This document shows, in pieces, positions 9,548-18,114 of a stretch of 64,000 bases of DNA (position 1 is its first letter; every line of letters starts with the position of its first letter). A program made the position numbers and the translations under genes. The notes beneath the pieces were generated by a model. The model was given only the letters and a program-made list of their open reading frames with translations. It was not told the origin of the DNA and searched no databases. The stretch lies in the sequence record KT321315.1; one strand, given 5' to 3'. The DNA is from Enterobacter phage phiEap-3.

Positions 9548-9850
9548 CTATTTTATTTCTTTGAGCAATTTACGGATCCCGCCGCCCTGTGTCTTATCAA
9601 AGATTTTCTTTGCGTCAATAACAGAAGTGACTATGTGGTAGTTGTTCCCTTTTCCGTAAAACTCAAATTCGACCTTGTAGTCACTACGAAATTTCACAAA
9701 AACAAATTCACCTGCAAAATGCTTACGGAACTGCTTTTCGTTAATGTCCAACCATTCCTGTGTATCATCTAACTGATACATGCGACAAAACAGGATCGAA
9801 CCCATTACAACAATCATGACAAGGATAGCTAACGCGAATTCTGACATCAT
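9548..9850 (-). CDS. membrane-anchored hypothetical protein
   Basis: 100 aa with N-terminal TM segment. Confidence 0.5.
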   Translation of the reverse strand: MMSEFALAILVMIVVMGSILFCRMYQLDDTQEWLDINEKQFRKHFAGEFVFVKFRSDYKVEFEFYGKGNNYHIVTSVIDAKKIFDKTQGGGIRKLLKEIK

Positions 9851-10071
9851 TTACCCCTGTTTACTGATTGACGGTGTAACGTTTTAGGCACAACCGGATT
9901 TCGGTACGGTTTGACTTTGTGGATCACGGGTTCTTCCCCAACCAAATTAGGAAATTGGTTATTCCATTCCATCGAAAACGGATAAGGTTGTGACTTGAAT
10001 TCTTCGATCACACAGTTTACTAAACGATCGCCAATTACACCCAAAGCCGCCCCAATAATCGCTATACGCAT
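9847..10071 (-). CDS. hypothetical protein
   Basis: 74 aa ORF. Confidence 0.45.
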   Translation of the reverse strand: MRIAIIGAALGVIGDRLVNCVIEEFKSQPYPFSMEWNNQFPNLVGEEPVIHKVKPYRNPVVPKTLHRQSVNRGK

Positions 10072-10074
10072 AAA

Positions 10075-10257
10075 TCACCCCTTAATTGTGTCAAGTACAG
10101 TAAACCAGTCATGAAGCCATATCGTTGTTCTTACAGCGATATACGTTAATAAACTAATCAATGATACCGCTCCGCAAATAGCCAGCGTAATCAACAGCCG
10201 GATTTCAAATTTAGTAAAATTCATATCAATCTCCTTTCTGAGAACCCAATATAACAA
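10075..10257 (-). CDS. small membrane protein
   Basis: 60 aa with one TM helix. Confidence 0.45.
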   Translation of the reverse strand: MLYWVLRKEIDMNFTKFEIRLLITLAICGAVSLISLLTYIAVRTTIWLHDWFTVLDTIKG

Positions 10258-10287
10258 AAGCCCTCAACCGAAGTCAAGGGCTTTGTT

Positions 10288-10569
10288 TTAAATTTTTATC
10301 GGTTTTGGTAATCGAAGAACTATACCAGGATGGATCAGACGTGCATCCGGAATAGCATCACGGTTGATTTTGGCGATATCAGGCCAACGTTCACCAACAC
10401 CATACAGTTTCTTTGCTATAGAATACAGGCTATCACCTGGTTGCACGACATAGCGATCCGATTCAATCTTAACCAGATCCTGGTTAATGATATCTTCAAA
10501 GGCTTTTGCTTTTGCTTCGTTAATCGTGTTCCCGTAGTAATGGCGATCCATAATAGTTAATGTGATCAT
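10288..10569 (-). CDS. LysM-domain protein
   Basis: YVVQPGDSLYSIAKKLYG...IHPGIVLRLP matches the LysM consensus. Confidence 0.65.
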   Translation of the reverse strand: MITLTIMDRHYYGNTINEAKAKAFEDIINQDLVKIESDRYVVQPGDSLYSIAKKLYGVGERWPDIAKINRDAIPDARLIHPGIVLRLPKPIKI

Positions 10570-11237
10570 CGTTTCTTTCCTATGCTGTTTTCGTCTGTCT
10601 CTTCTAAGGATGGAGGTTCTTCCAGCCCCAGGGCATAACGTTTAGCATAGATTAGCATCAACGCATCTTTAGCGCAATCATGAATTGAATCATGCTGAAT
10701 GAATCCATCTAACATGCCTTTACGCAGTGGACACGTGGTCACTCCGCGAGTCAGTAAACGGTTTTCAATAGCTGTACGCACATCACGGCTATTCCAGAAC
10801 ACGGTCGGCATATCTTCAAACGTGTCAAGTTTCCCTGTCATAGTTCGTACAACATCGGTTAGCATAGAACGATCGAATTCAGGGCCGCGCGTATAATCGT
10901 ATGACTGCCAACGACTCACACCGTCAGCCGCTAAATCAGCAAAGAATTGTCGATGACCTTCGTACAAATCCATGTCAATATCGGAAGGGAACAAAACCCT
11001 TTGCGCTTCTTTAGATTGCTGTTTCCACCATTCGATCGTTTTTTCATCTTTGATGCGTTCTGGTTGTTTCCGGATGTCGAATTTATACTTTCTTCCTTTA
11101 GCAATCAGTTCCTGAAAGGTAGGAGGATCATAAGGATCATCAACAAACGGAACATAGCTAAGTTCAGCTAATTTTCCTTTTGGAAACGGGCCAATACTTT
11201 CATAATCAAATACGAAATCTACGGGTAAATGACTCAT
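10566..11237 (-). CDS. dexA: exonuclease A, DEDDh 3'-5' exonuclease
   Basis: 223 aa; aligns with recalled T4 DexA (TIEWWK.QS.EA, TTCPL.KG.LDGF..HDSIHDCAKD); sits next to dda as in T4. Confidence 0.85.
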   Translation of the reverse strand: MSHLPVDFVFDYESIGPFPKGKLAELSYVPFVDDPYDPPTFQELIAKGRKYKFDIRKQPERIKDEKTIEWWKQQSKEAQRVLFPSDIDMDLYEGHRQFFADLAADGVSRWQSYDYTRGPEFDRSMLTDVVRTMTGKLDTFEDMPTVFWNSRDVRTAIENRLLTRGVTTCPLRKGMLDGFIQHDSIHDCAKDALMLIYAKRYALGLEEPPSLEETDENSIGKKR

Positions 11238-11518
11238 TCGCGACCCCGCTTATATGATTCCATGAAATAGGCCAATGATAGCGCAACTTCCGGAGTAACA
11301 TCAACAGATTCGATCATGCCTGGAGTTACCGCCATCATCCCGAACTGACGAAGCCCACAACGAGCAATCGATTTTTCCAGTCGGATCATGTTTTCTACAG
11401 CCTCTGCAAAATTGTCCAGATGTTCCCAATCATGGTAATCTTCCATTGTCGAACGATCACTTTTCAAAATCAGATCGGCAACCAATTCAGCATAAAGGCG
11501 CGGAAGGTGAATATTCAT
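11234..11518 (-). CDS. hypothetical protein (dexA.1 position)
   Basis: 94 aa ORF. Confidence 0.5.
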   Translation of the reverse strand: MNIHLPRLYAELVADLILKSDRSTMEDYHDWEHLDNFAEAVENMIRLEKSIARCGLRQFGMMAVTPGMIESVDVTPEVALSLAYFMESYKRGRE

Positions 11519-11827
11519 TTAAAATCCCTCAAGCATGTTTTTGTTTTCACGAATGTTACGACCCATTTTCAAAGTATCAATGATCACTGCATACTCTTCA
11601 AAAGTGAATTCGATATCTTGTGAAATGTTTCCCCACGTATAGGTCGGCCCGTTAGGACAGTATAACCCAACTTCTTTGTTTGCGTTAACAACGCAGCGCA
11701 ATTTTGCAAACAACAAATTGATATCGATAGAATTAAACCCTTCGAGATAATCAAGCCCCTCTCTACCAATACGGTCAACTTCTCGCAAAATCTTTTCTAC
11801 ATCTTTGACTTTAACAATAATTTTCAT
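11519..11827 (-). CDS. hypothetical protein (dexA.2 position)
   Basis: 102 aa ORF. Confidence 0.5.
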   Translation of the reverse strand: MKIIVKVKDVEKILREVDRIGREGLDYLEGFNSIDINLLFAKLRCVVNANKEVGLYCPNGPTYTWGNISQDIEFTFEEYAVIIDTLKMGRNIRENKNMLEGF

Positions 11828-11837
11828 AAGAACCTCA

Positions 11838-11853
11838 AAGGGCCGAAGCCCTT
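11838..11853 (-). other. GC hairpin AAGGGCCGAAGCCCTT overlapping the dda stop codon (no T-run)
   Basis: member of the GGGCCGAAGCCC hairpin family; intercistronic. Confidence 0.45.
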
Positions 11854-13180
11854 AGACATAATCAACAGTGAATCGTGCGCGGGTAGTTCCTACATAAAGC
11901 AACTGCTTACACAATTCATAATCGGCGTATGCGTATGCATCGCGCGTGTACATGTATGAATGATCATACGTGCTTCCCTGACCTTTGTGATACGTACAAA
12001 CCGGAAGCGCCTTAACCGTCTGGAACTTGTTTTTGATTTGCCAGAACGAATACCAGGGGGCTTTGTATCCGGTTTCCTGTTTCATCTTCTTATACTGAAA
12101 CGCGACGTAGTTCAAATAATCGCCTAAACGTTCCTGCATAACCGGATCCGCGATAACCTGAATATCCGCTTTCGTATCCTCGAACATCGATTCTGTTTTC
12201 ATCAAGAAATAATCGATTTGAACCGGATCGCATCGGTCAGCTTTGATAGTATCAGAACGCGGTATGATTTCAAGGATTTTAATTTGCTCGTTGTTGTTAT
12301 AGATAACTTCAACAAACGAAACCCCATTCACACGGCCTTCTGTCACTAACGGTTCTTGCATCACAACTACTTCACCCACAATGAACGGCTGATCAGTTTT
12401 GTACAAGTGTTTGCGGATCACTGCGTTTAACTTGTCTACGTTTGCGTTAGTGTAAGCAAACATACGGTTATTGTTCAGGTCATCCGGAGTCTTAACACGG
12501 CTAAAATAACGTCTCAGGAAGTCACCAGCGTTTTCGTGCTTCATTACCCCTAGTTCACCATTCATGAGGGGCATTAACGGCTTACCGTCGCGTATAGCGC
12601 GTGATACCTGGATGATTGGGTTTCCTTCTGCCTGACGCATAATCTTATCCATGCGAATGACATCAAAAATTTCCTCATCAAAGAACGGTGAAAGCTCGGT
12701 GATCCCTTCGGTATTAACCGGACGGATCTGATCCTTATCACCCAATCCCAGGATCACCGCGCAACTCGGAATAGTACGCTTGATGATACGGAATAATTCT
12801 TTGTCAACCATCGAGACTTCTTCAACCACAAACACACGACATTCAGACAAATCAGCGGCTTTTTTGCCTTTTTGTTGTTCAAATACTCGTAACTCTTCGT
12901 TGGTTACGGGGCTGATTTTCAGTGCTGAGTGAATGGTCGTTGCATCCATGCCTACCGCCTCAGAGAGAACGTTTTTAGCCTGGTGCGTTGGTGCTGTCAA
13001 CCAGATCCCACTAATACCCAGTTTTTTCAATGTTTCAAACACAAATTTTACCAGAGTAGTTTTACCAACACCCGGCCCACCTGTGATAGTAGTATGGATT
13101 TTGTTTCTGATATTTTTAATCACTCGATCATGCGCGTTTTTCTGGTCTTCGCTCAGATCGTCAAAAGTTAATTCGCTCAT
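11852..13180 (-). CDS. dda: Dda SF1 DNA helicase
   Basis: 442 aa; Walker A GGPGVGKTT and C-terminal LLYVG.TR match recalled T4 Dda. Confidence 0.88.
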   Translation of the reverse strand: MSELTFDDLSEDQKNAHDRVIKNIRNKIHTTITGGPGVGKTTLVKFVFETLKKLGISGIWLTAPTHQAKNVLSEAVGMDATTIHSALKISPVTNEELRVFEQQKGKKAADLSECRVFVVEEVSMVDKELFRIIKRTIPSCAVILGLGDKDQIRPVNTEGITELSPFFDEEIFDVIRMDKIMRQAEGNPIIQVSRAIRDGKPLMPLMNGELGVMKHENAGDFLRRYFSRVKTPDDLNNNRMFAYTNANVDKLNAVIRKHLYKTDQPFIVGEVVVMQEPLVTEGRVNGVSFVEVIYNNNEQIKILEIIPRSDTIKADRCDPVQIDYFLMKTESMFEDTKADIQVIADPVMQERLGDYLNYVAFQYKKMKQETGYKAPWYSFWQIKNKFQTVKALPVCTYHKGQGSTYDHSYMYTRDAYAYADYELCKQLLYVGTTRARFTVDYV

Positions 13181-13467
13181 ACTTTAATCAATACCCCTTG
13201 AATACTTGCGTGTTCAATAAACCAACGCATATCTTTCTTTTTCTTTTCGGTTACGGTTTCAACTTCTTCCTTTCGAAAGAATCGGCTAAGACCACTTTGT
13301 TTAACTGGATTCATCTTATCATTATATTCTTTGATAATCGAATTTTTATACTCGTTAGCATCGTCCGGAGATAGAAACAACAAAGGTGTTAACTCTCCTT
13401 CCTTAATGAAGGGAATTTTAAACCCGTCTTTATCCTTACTAACGACGATATAATATTTTGTAATCAT
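13177..13467 (-). CDS. hypothetical protein
   Basis: 96 aa ORF. Confidence 0.5.
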   Translation of the reverse strand: MITKYYIVVSKDKDGFKIPFIKEGELTPLLFLSPDDANEYKNSIIKEYNDKMNPVKQSGLSRFFRKEEVETVTEKKKKDMRWFIEHASIQGVLIKV

Positions 13468-13649
13468 TCTCGCCCCTCATAACAAACGTAGAATATTCCA
13501 ACAAACCAAAACACTGATAGTATAATCAGTAAAAGTTTTCTTTCAACGCCATTTACGTGAAACACACACCAACCGAAAAGATATGTGATCATCGCGCAAA
13601 CACCATAAGAAAGAACCCCAACAGCTACTAGCGCGATGATCGGATCCAT
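13464..13649 (-). CDS. small membrane protein
   Basis: 61 aa with two hydrophobic segments. Confidence 0.45.
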   Translation of the reverse strand: MDPIIALVAVGVLSYGVCAMITYLFGWCVFHVNGVERKLLLIILSVFWFVGIFYVCYEGRE

Positions 13650-14185
13650 TAGTAGTTGTTAGCCCAACGGCGGAGGTTTTCGGCTTGTTTCAGTGCATAC
13701 AGTTTGTAGATGGTTTCCGCATCCATACCCAGCGCCAGGAATTTGCACATAAAGAAATGCCACTGATCGATAAGTTCAAACAGAACTTCTAAACGATCCT
13801 CTTCACTCAGATCCGCAAATTTAGTATTGCGTAATTCCTGGTGATTTGCTTTCCACGGTTTCCAAACACCGGATGCAGGTTTAACACCGCGAGACATTCC
13901 ACCCAGAGCGGTATACAATTCGCGGGTTTCGTCGGCGATCGCGTCGTCTTGCAGTTTCAGCCAATCAAGGATTTCTCCGCAAGTTTCCAGATTATCCGGA
14001 CGTGGAACCCAATGCAGCGTATCAGACAGGCTTTGTTGTGCATGGTTTTGTAAATCCAGCATGGATTGTAAAGGATCGCCATTACGGGCCAGAACCTTTT
14101 GATATTCGGAATCTACAAATTCCAGATCTTCCGGGTTAACCAGGTGCGCACATGAATTAAATACAGGAGTTTTATCAGTAGTCAT
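13649..14185 (-). CDS. 56: dCTP/dUTP pyrophosphatase (gp56-like, MazG family)
   Basis: 178 aa; ASGVWKPWKA and YKLYALKQAENL align with recalled T4 gp56. Confidence 0.8.
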   Translation of the reverse strand: MTTDKTPVFNSCAHLVNPEDLEFVDSEYQKVLARNGDPLQSMLDLQNHAQQSLSDTLHWVPRPDNLETCGEILDWLKLQDDAIADETRELYTALGGMSRGVKPASGVWKPWKANHQELRNTKFADLSEEDRLEVLFELIDQWHFFMCKFLALGMDAETIYKLYALKQAENLRRWANNY

Positions 14186-14192
14186 ATCAATC

Positions 14193-15218
14193 TCATTTTT
14201 TCGGTGATTTGTCCCACGACTTAAATCGAAGTTTTGCCGTGAGTCCAGAAACAGTATTATCTTTCAAATACTGCATAATTTCAAGTTTAGTTGCGCCGTC
14301 CGTTTTTATCATTTCGTTGATATCTTTGGAAGGCCACGGGCATTTATCCCACATTACAACCTTTTCTCCAGCCTCAATCAATTTAAAGAGGCGGTGAGTA
14401 GTATCCGGATGACGTGCTTCATTGTCAAGAACCCAGACACGCATATTTTTATACGGAACCTCAGAAAGCGCAAGCTGTCCACCAGTGATAGCGCCAGCAT
14501 TATCAACAAACAGGCTATCTAATGGCCCCTCAAGAAGATAAACCGTTTTTAACGGATCTATCGTATCCTGTCCGTAAATCTTGGTTGATTCCTCACAGGC
14601 TTTGATTGTGATATATTTCGACTTTGCACCGTCACGTAAAGCACGGCCCTGGAAAGATTCTATTTTACCTTTCTTATCGAAGATAGGGATCACTAATCTC
14701 GGTTCTGGTTTTGCGATCGGATAGGTATCCGGATTCACCGTATTAACCAGTTGTTGCCATTCGCGAGTAAACCACAACCGATCCCACTTGTCACGGGGAA
14801 TACAACGATTCTGCACATATTTTATGATCGGATGTTCATCCGGCAAGGTATCTAACCTTTCGCAGAATTGAAGAGTAGGAATAAATTTCTTCTCTTCCTT
14901 CGGTGGTTCTGTATGTGTTGGCTTTAACGAATTGCGATCCTTAAACGATTCCATGAGATAATCACGGTAATCGTCTGGATAATATTCTTTCAGGAATACG
15001 CTAAACGGTACACCATAACCACAGTTAAAACAACCACAATTCATATGATCACCCTTTTTAGAAGGGTAGATCCAAAATCGTTTTTTGTACTTGTCTTTCA
15101 TTGAGTCGCCGCAAATAGGGCAACGCGCATTGATGCTTAATGCCCCCGATTTACGAACGATTTCGCTTTGAGGCAATGATCCCATGATTCGGGTTGCAAA
15201 TTCTATATCAAGATACAT
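14193..15218 (-). CDS. 61: DNA primase
   Basis: 341 aa; zinc finger CPICGDS...CGCFNC and a C-terminal Toprim-like region align with T4 gp61. Confidence 0.88.
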   Translation of the reverse strand: MYLDIEFATRIMGSLPQSEIVRKSGALSINARCPICGDSMKDKYKKRFWIYPSKKGDHMNCGCFNCGYGVPFSVFLKEYYPDDYRDYLMESFKDRNSLKPTHTEPPKEEKKFIPTLQFCERLDTLPDEHPIIKYVQNRCIPRDKWDRLWFTREWQQLVNTVNPDTYPIAKPEPRLVIPIFDKKGKIESFQGRALRDGAKSKYITIKACEESTKIYGQDTIDPLKTVYLLEGPLDSLFVDNAGAITGGQLALSEVPYKNMRVWVLDNEARHPDTTHRLFKLIEAGEKVVMWDKCPWPSKDINEMIKTDGATKLEIMQYLKDNTVSGLTAKLRFKSWDKSPKK

Positions 15219-15221
15219 TTC

Positions 15222-15482
15222 TTACCTCAGTTGACTATCTTTCGATCCTCGTCGATTATACCCGGCGCTGATCATTTCGTCATGTTCTTTTTGGCATTCA
15301 ATACAATAACGGCAACCCTTCACGATAGCCCTACGTTTTTCGGGTATCGGATCCCCACAATCAAAACAATGCGTTAATGATTCTCCGTTTCTGATTTGAG
15401 AACGTGCAAAATCTATCGCATTGTCTATTGTTGCCTGAATGGTATCTTGAACACCGTCAGCAGGGCCAAATCCAACCGCCAT
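15222..15482 (-). CDS. TraR/DksA-type C4 zinc-finger protein
   Basis: CFDCGDPIPEKRRAIVKGCRYCIECQ fits the TraR/DksA CxxC-N17-CxxC consensus. Confidence 0.6.
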   Translation of the reverse strand: MAVGFGPADGVQDTIQATIDNAIDFARSQIRNGESLTHCFDCGDPIPEKRRAIVKGCRYCIECQKEHDEMISAGYNRRGSKDSQLR

Positions 15483-15537
15483 TGTAAATCCTCCTAATCA
15501 AATGATTTGAATATCATAGACTAAGAGGATTTTTCTG

Positions 15538-16035
15538 TCAACTGGTTAATTTCTTTTTCTTTTTACCTGCACGGGTAACGCCTAATACTTTCGGCCCGAT
15601 GTTGGTTACTGCTCCAGTAGTCACACCAGAAGCAATCTTTTCTGGATCGCCGCCAGAATCACCCGCGACCATATCCTCTAACATACGCCCCTTATCATAA
15701 TATTCTTTGAGGCGTGGAACGTTCAACATGATTTCTTCATGCTCTTGTTCTGTCAGATTGTAGCGATTGCGTAAGGTATCATATGAACTGGTTAAGTTCA
15801 TAAACCCAGTCATATACGGAACAGAATTCATTCGACGCTTGATATGGCGTACTGAACGATGAAAAGGAGAATACGCTTCTAACTCTTCTTTTGTTTTGGG
15901 GTTGCGAATTACTTCGCCTTGTCCATCAAGGATCCCCAGCTTGTAAGCAGTCCATTCAGTCCAGGGCTTTTTGAGTAGCCGGATCATCCGGACGCTATAT
16001 GTTAAATCCATATTTTTAACTAATTGATCACTCAT
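15538..16035 (-). CDS. hypothetical protein with a basic C-terminus
   Basis: 165 aa ORF. Confidence 0.5.
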   Translation of the reverse strand: MSDQLVKNMDLTYSVRMIRLLKKPWTEWTAYKLGILDGQGEVIRNPKTKEELEAYSPFHRSVRHIKRRMNSVPYMTGFMNLTSSYDTLRNRYNLTEQEHEEIMLNVPRLKEYYDKGRMLEDMVAGDSGGDPEKIASGVTTGAVTNIGPKVLGVTRAGKKKKKLTS

Positions 16036-16040
16036 GATTA

Positions 16041-17045
16041 TTACTCTATTGTGAAAGTGAATAAATCAGATTTGGTTTCGGGTTCAAACTCCATACAAAC
16101 AACTTCGCATAGTGGTTTAACCCCTTTCCAATCCTCCAGGTAATACCCAGTATCTATACCGCATCCAGGATTCATAACAAGGCCAGTTTCATCAAGAAAC
16201 TTTTTGCATTTACTTGATGTGGTGCTGTCATCTTGCCGGAAACAATGTGTTTTCGAATACCGGAAATTTGCAGACATTTGAGGGATTATGAAAGTTCCCT
16301 GACGCGCGATCTGTGATGCACGTTCGATTACTTTATACTCAAATTCCGCCCCTGTATACTTACCCTTAAAATCAGAGGTTTTGATTTTACCAAAAGGCGG
16401 ATTACTGATCGCCATATCAAACACCTGATTAAATTCAGTTGTTAAGGCGTCTCCATGCACCCAAGAGGCTTCTGGTACGATACGCTTACCTAACTCATAG
16501 TATGTGTGATTTAACTCAACACAGACGATTTCACGCGGCGTATTGTACATCATGTAATGAACCATAGCGAAAGATAATCCACCGATACCAGCACACAGGT
16601 CAATAACGCTTCCACCTGTGCAAGCATCGATTGTGAAATCGCGAGCAAGTCCAATAGGGGTAAAGAACGCCCCTAATTCAGAGTTGTTTGTAAACGCGCC
16701 TTCATGAAAGTTTTCGATAATGAACAACTTCTCTTCGTAAGTTAGCGCTTTGTCAGAGTGAACCAGATCCATTATCTGATTGTGCTTCTTGGTTTCCGCT
16801 TTCGTTAACTTTGCCATTGTCCCAGCTATACAATAATGTTGTTTCATTCGGATAGAATTCCCATCCGTCCACGTATCCGGTTTCCCAGTCAGTAGTTTGT
16901 TCAAAACCACAGATCCATTCATACACACCCGGAGGCATTTCGATAGAATCAGGAAGCCCGATATCTTCCGCGCTGCGTCCACATTCAAAGAATGCATCAT
17001 GAATGAATGGTCGAGATAATACCGTAACATAACCTTCATCGTCAA
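16041..17045 (-). CDS. SAM-dependent N6-adenine methyltransferase (motif I then NPPF; N6_Mtase/gamma-like order)
   Basis: VIDLCAGIGGLSFA (motif I) followed about 65 aa later by ISNPPFGK (motif IV); the true start is probably an internal Met near 16770-16816, because the N-terminal extension overlaps ORF 16753-17142. Confidence 0.6.
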   Translation of the reverse strand: MTMKVMLRYYLDHSFMMHSLNVDAARKISGFLILSKCLRVCMNGSVVLNKLLTGKPDTWTDGNSIRMKQHYCIAGTMAKLTKAETKKHNQIMDLVHSDKALTYEEKLFIIENFHEGAFTNNSELGAFFTPIGLARDFTIDACTGGSVIDLCAGIGGLSFAMVHYMMYNTPREIVCVELNHTYYELGKRIVPEASWVHGDALTTEFNQVFDMAISNPPFGKIKTSDFKGKYTGAEFEYKVIERASQIARQGTFIIPQMSANFRYSKTHCFRQDDSTTSSKCKKFLDETGLVMNPGCGIDTGYYLEDWKGVKPLCEVVCMEFEPETKSDLFTFTIE

Positions 17046-17142
17046 CAGCTACGATCCAGCGCGAACTGTGAGGACTATCGAACTTCGGTTCTTTTTCGTC
17101 CATATCCGCTTTTATTTCAGCCTTACAAAAATCAATATTCAT
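16753..17142 (-). CDS. hypothetical protein
   Basis: 129 aa protein-like ORF in a different frame that overlaps the annotated MTase N-terminus. Confidence 0.4.
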   Translation of the reverse strand: MNIDFCKAEIKADMDEKEPKFDSPHSSRWIVAVDDEGYVTVLSRPFIHDAFFECGRSAEDIGLPDSIEMPPGVYEWICGFEQTTDWETGYVDGWEFYPNETTLLYSWDNGKVNESGNQEAQSDNGSGSL

Positions 17143-17426
17143 TTCAAACCCTCTTTAACACCCTCTTTCATGGCTTTCCAGGTAGAACCTGCTTCACCAT
17201 TCAGGGCGGCGAATACAAATAGTAAGATAGCAAGGACAAGATTCACGCCAGCAATCACCATGATTTTGCTATACACGAAAATGTAAGGCATTGCCACCAC
17301 CCACCAACTAAAAGAATTACCAGTTACGATGTTGAGTGCTGCAAGTAAGAAAGTGATAACGAATGCGATTTTCATAATGTCCTCCTTTGTTATGATTAAG
17401 GTATCATCTTTTGCGAAAGAATGCAA
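17139..17426 (-). CDS. multi-TM small membrane protein
   Basis: 95 aa; hydrophobic throughout. Confidence 0.5.
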   Translation of the reverse strand: MHSFAKDDTLIITKEDIMKIAFVITFLLAALNIVTGNSFSWWVVAMPYIFVYSKIMVIAGVNLVLAILLFVFAALNGEAGSTWKAMKEGVKEGLK

Positions 17427-17444
17427 TACCTACAGATACAAAAA

Positions 17445-17460
17445 AGCCCCTTTCGGGGCT
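17445..17460. terminator. bidirectional terminator
   Basis: AAAAAGCCCCTTTCGGGGCTTAATTTTTT (A-run, hairpin, T-run). Confidence 0.6.
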
Positions 17461-17467
17461 TAATTTT

Positions 17468-17722
17468 TTATGCGTTATTGATGAGATACCGAAGAACGTT
17501 TTTCGCTTGTTCCTCATTACAACCAACTTTGAAACCAGGTTCGATAGGGAGGAAGTTCCAGAGGAAATCAACACTTCCTTCAACGTCATCTTTGCCTTTT
17601 TCCAGCATCGCTAACAGTAAACCTTTGTTTTTGATGCTGTTTACGATTGCGTCAAAATAACCATCGCTGAAATCAACATTCGGGTTCAGCATTTCGTTGT
17701 AAGGGTTGTTGAATACGTTCAT
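17468..17722 (-). CDS. hypothetical protein
   Basis: 84 aa; consensus-like promoter upstream at 17735-17790 and a bidirectional terminator downstream. Confidence 0.5.
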   Translation of the reverse strand: MNVFNNPYNEMLNPNVDFSDGYFDAIVNSIKNKGLLLAMLEKGKDDVEGSVDFLWNFLPIEPGFKVGCNEEQAKNVLRYLINNA

Positions 17723-17734
17723 TTTGAATCTCCT

Positions 17735-17790
17735 TTGTTTAACTCAGTATCTTGTCTACGTGAGTTATATTACCACAATGGAGATTCAGG
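17735..17790 (-). promoter_or_regulatory. sigma70-like promoter
   Basis: minus-strand TTGACC-N16-TGTGGTAATAT (extended -10) upstream of gene 17468-17722. Confidence 0.45.
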
Positions 17791-17801
17791 TCAATACCTT
17801 T

Positions 17802-18071
17802 TTACGATTTTTTGAAAAATTTTTCGTATTTGGCTTTTACCCAGCGATACATATCTTCGGCCTTGTCACTGGAAATCAGTGAGAACAGAAGATAGATCGC
17901 AACACCCACCAACACAACGCCTACAACAATGTAGACGGGTAATAGAACTGGGAAGAGAACCCAGAACCATGACATTTGCGAGAAGCCGAACACTTTAGCG
18001 GCTGCAAAAATCAGAGTTAGTCCAGTCAGCAGTTTGATAGCTGGAATCGGAATCGTTATAGTCTTAGTCAT
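17802..18071 (-). CDS. small membrane protein
   Basis: 89 aa with two or three TM helices. Confidence 0.5.
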   Translation of the reverse strand: MTKTITIPIPAIKLLTGLTLIFAAAKVFGFSQMSWFWVLFPVLLPVYIVVGVVLVGVAIYLLFSLISSDKAEDMYRWVKAKYEKFFKKS

Positions 18072-18114
18072 TTCATTACCTTACATTCTTTATGGGGCTA
18101 TTCGCCCCAGTCAA

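Noticed and set aside
11838-11853. Calling every GGGCCGAAGCCC hairpin a rho-independent terminator
   Set aside because: Several (11838, 19897, 21129) lack a T-run on the transcribed strand and sit between translationally coupled genes. They are more likely RNA-processing or stability elements or cassette boundaries, so I typed them 'other'.
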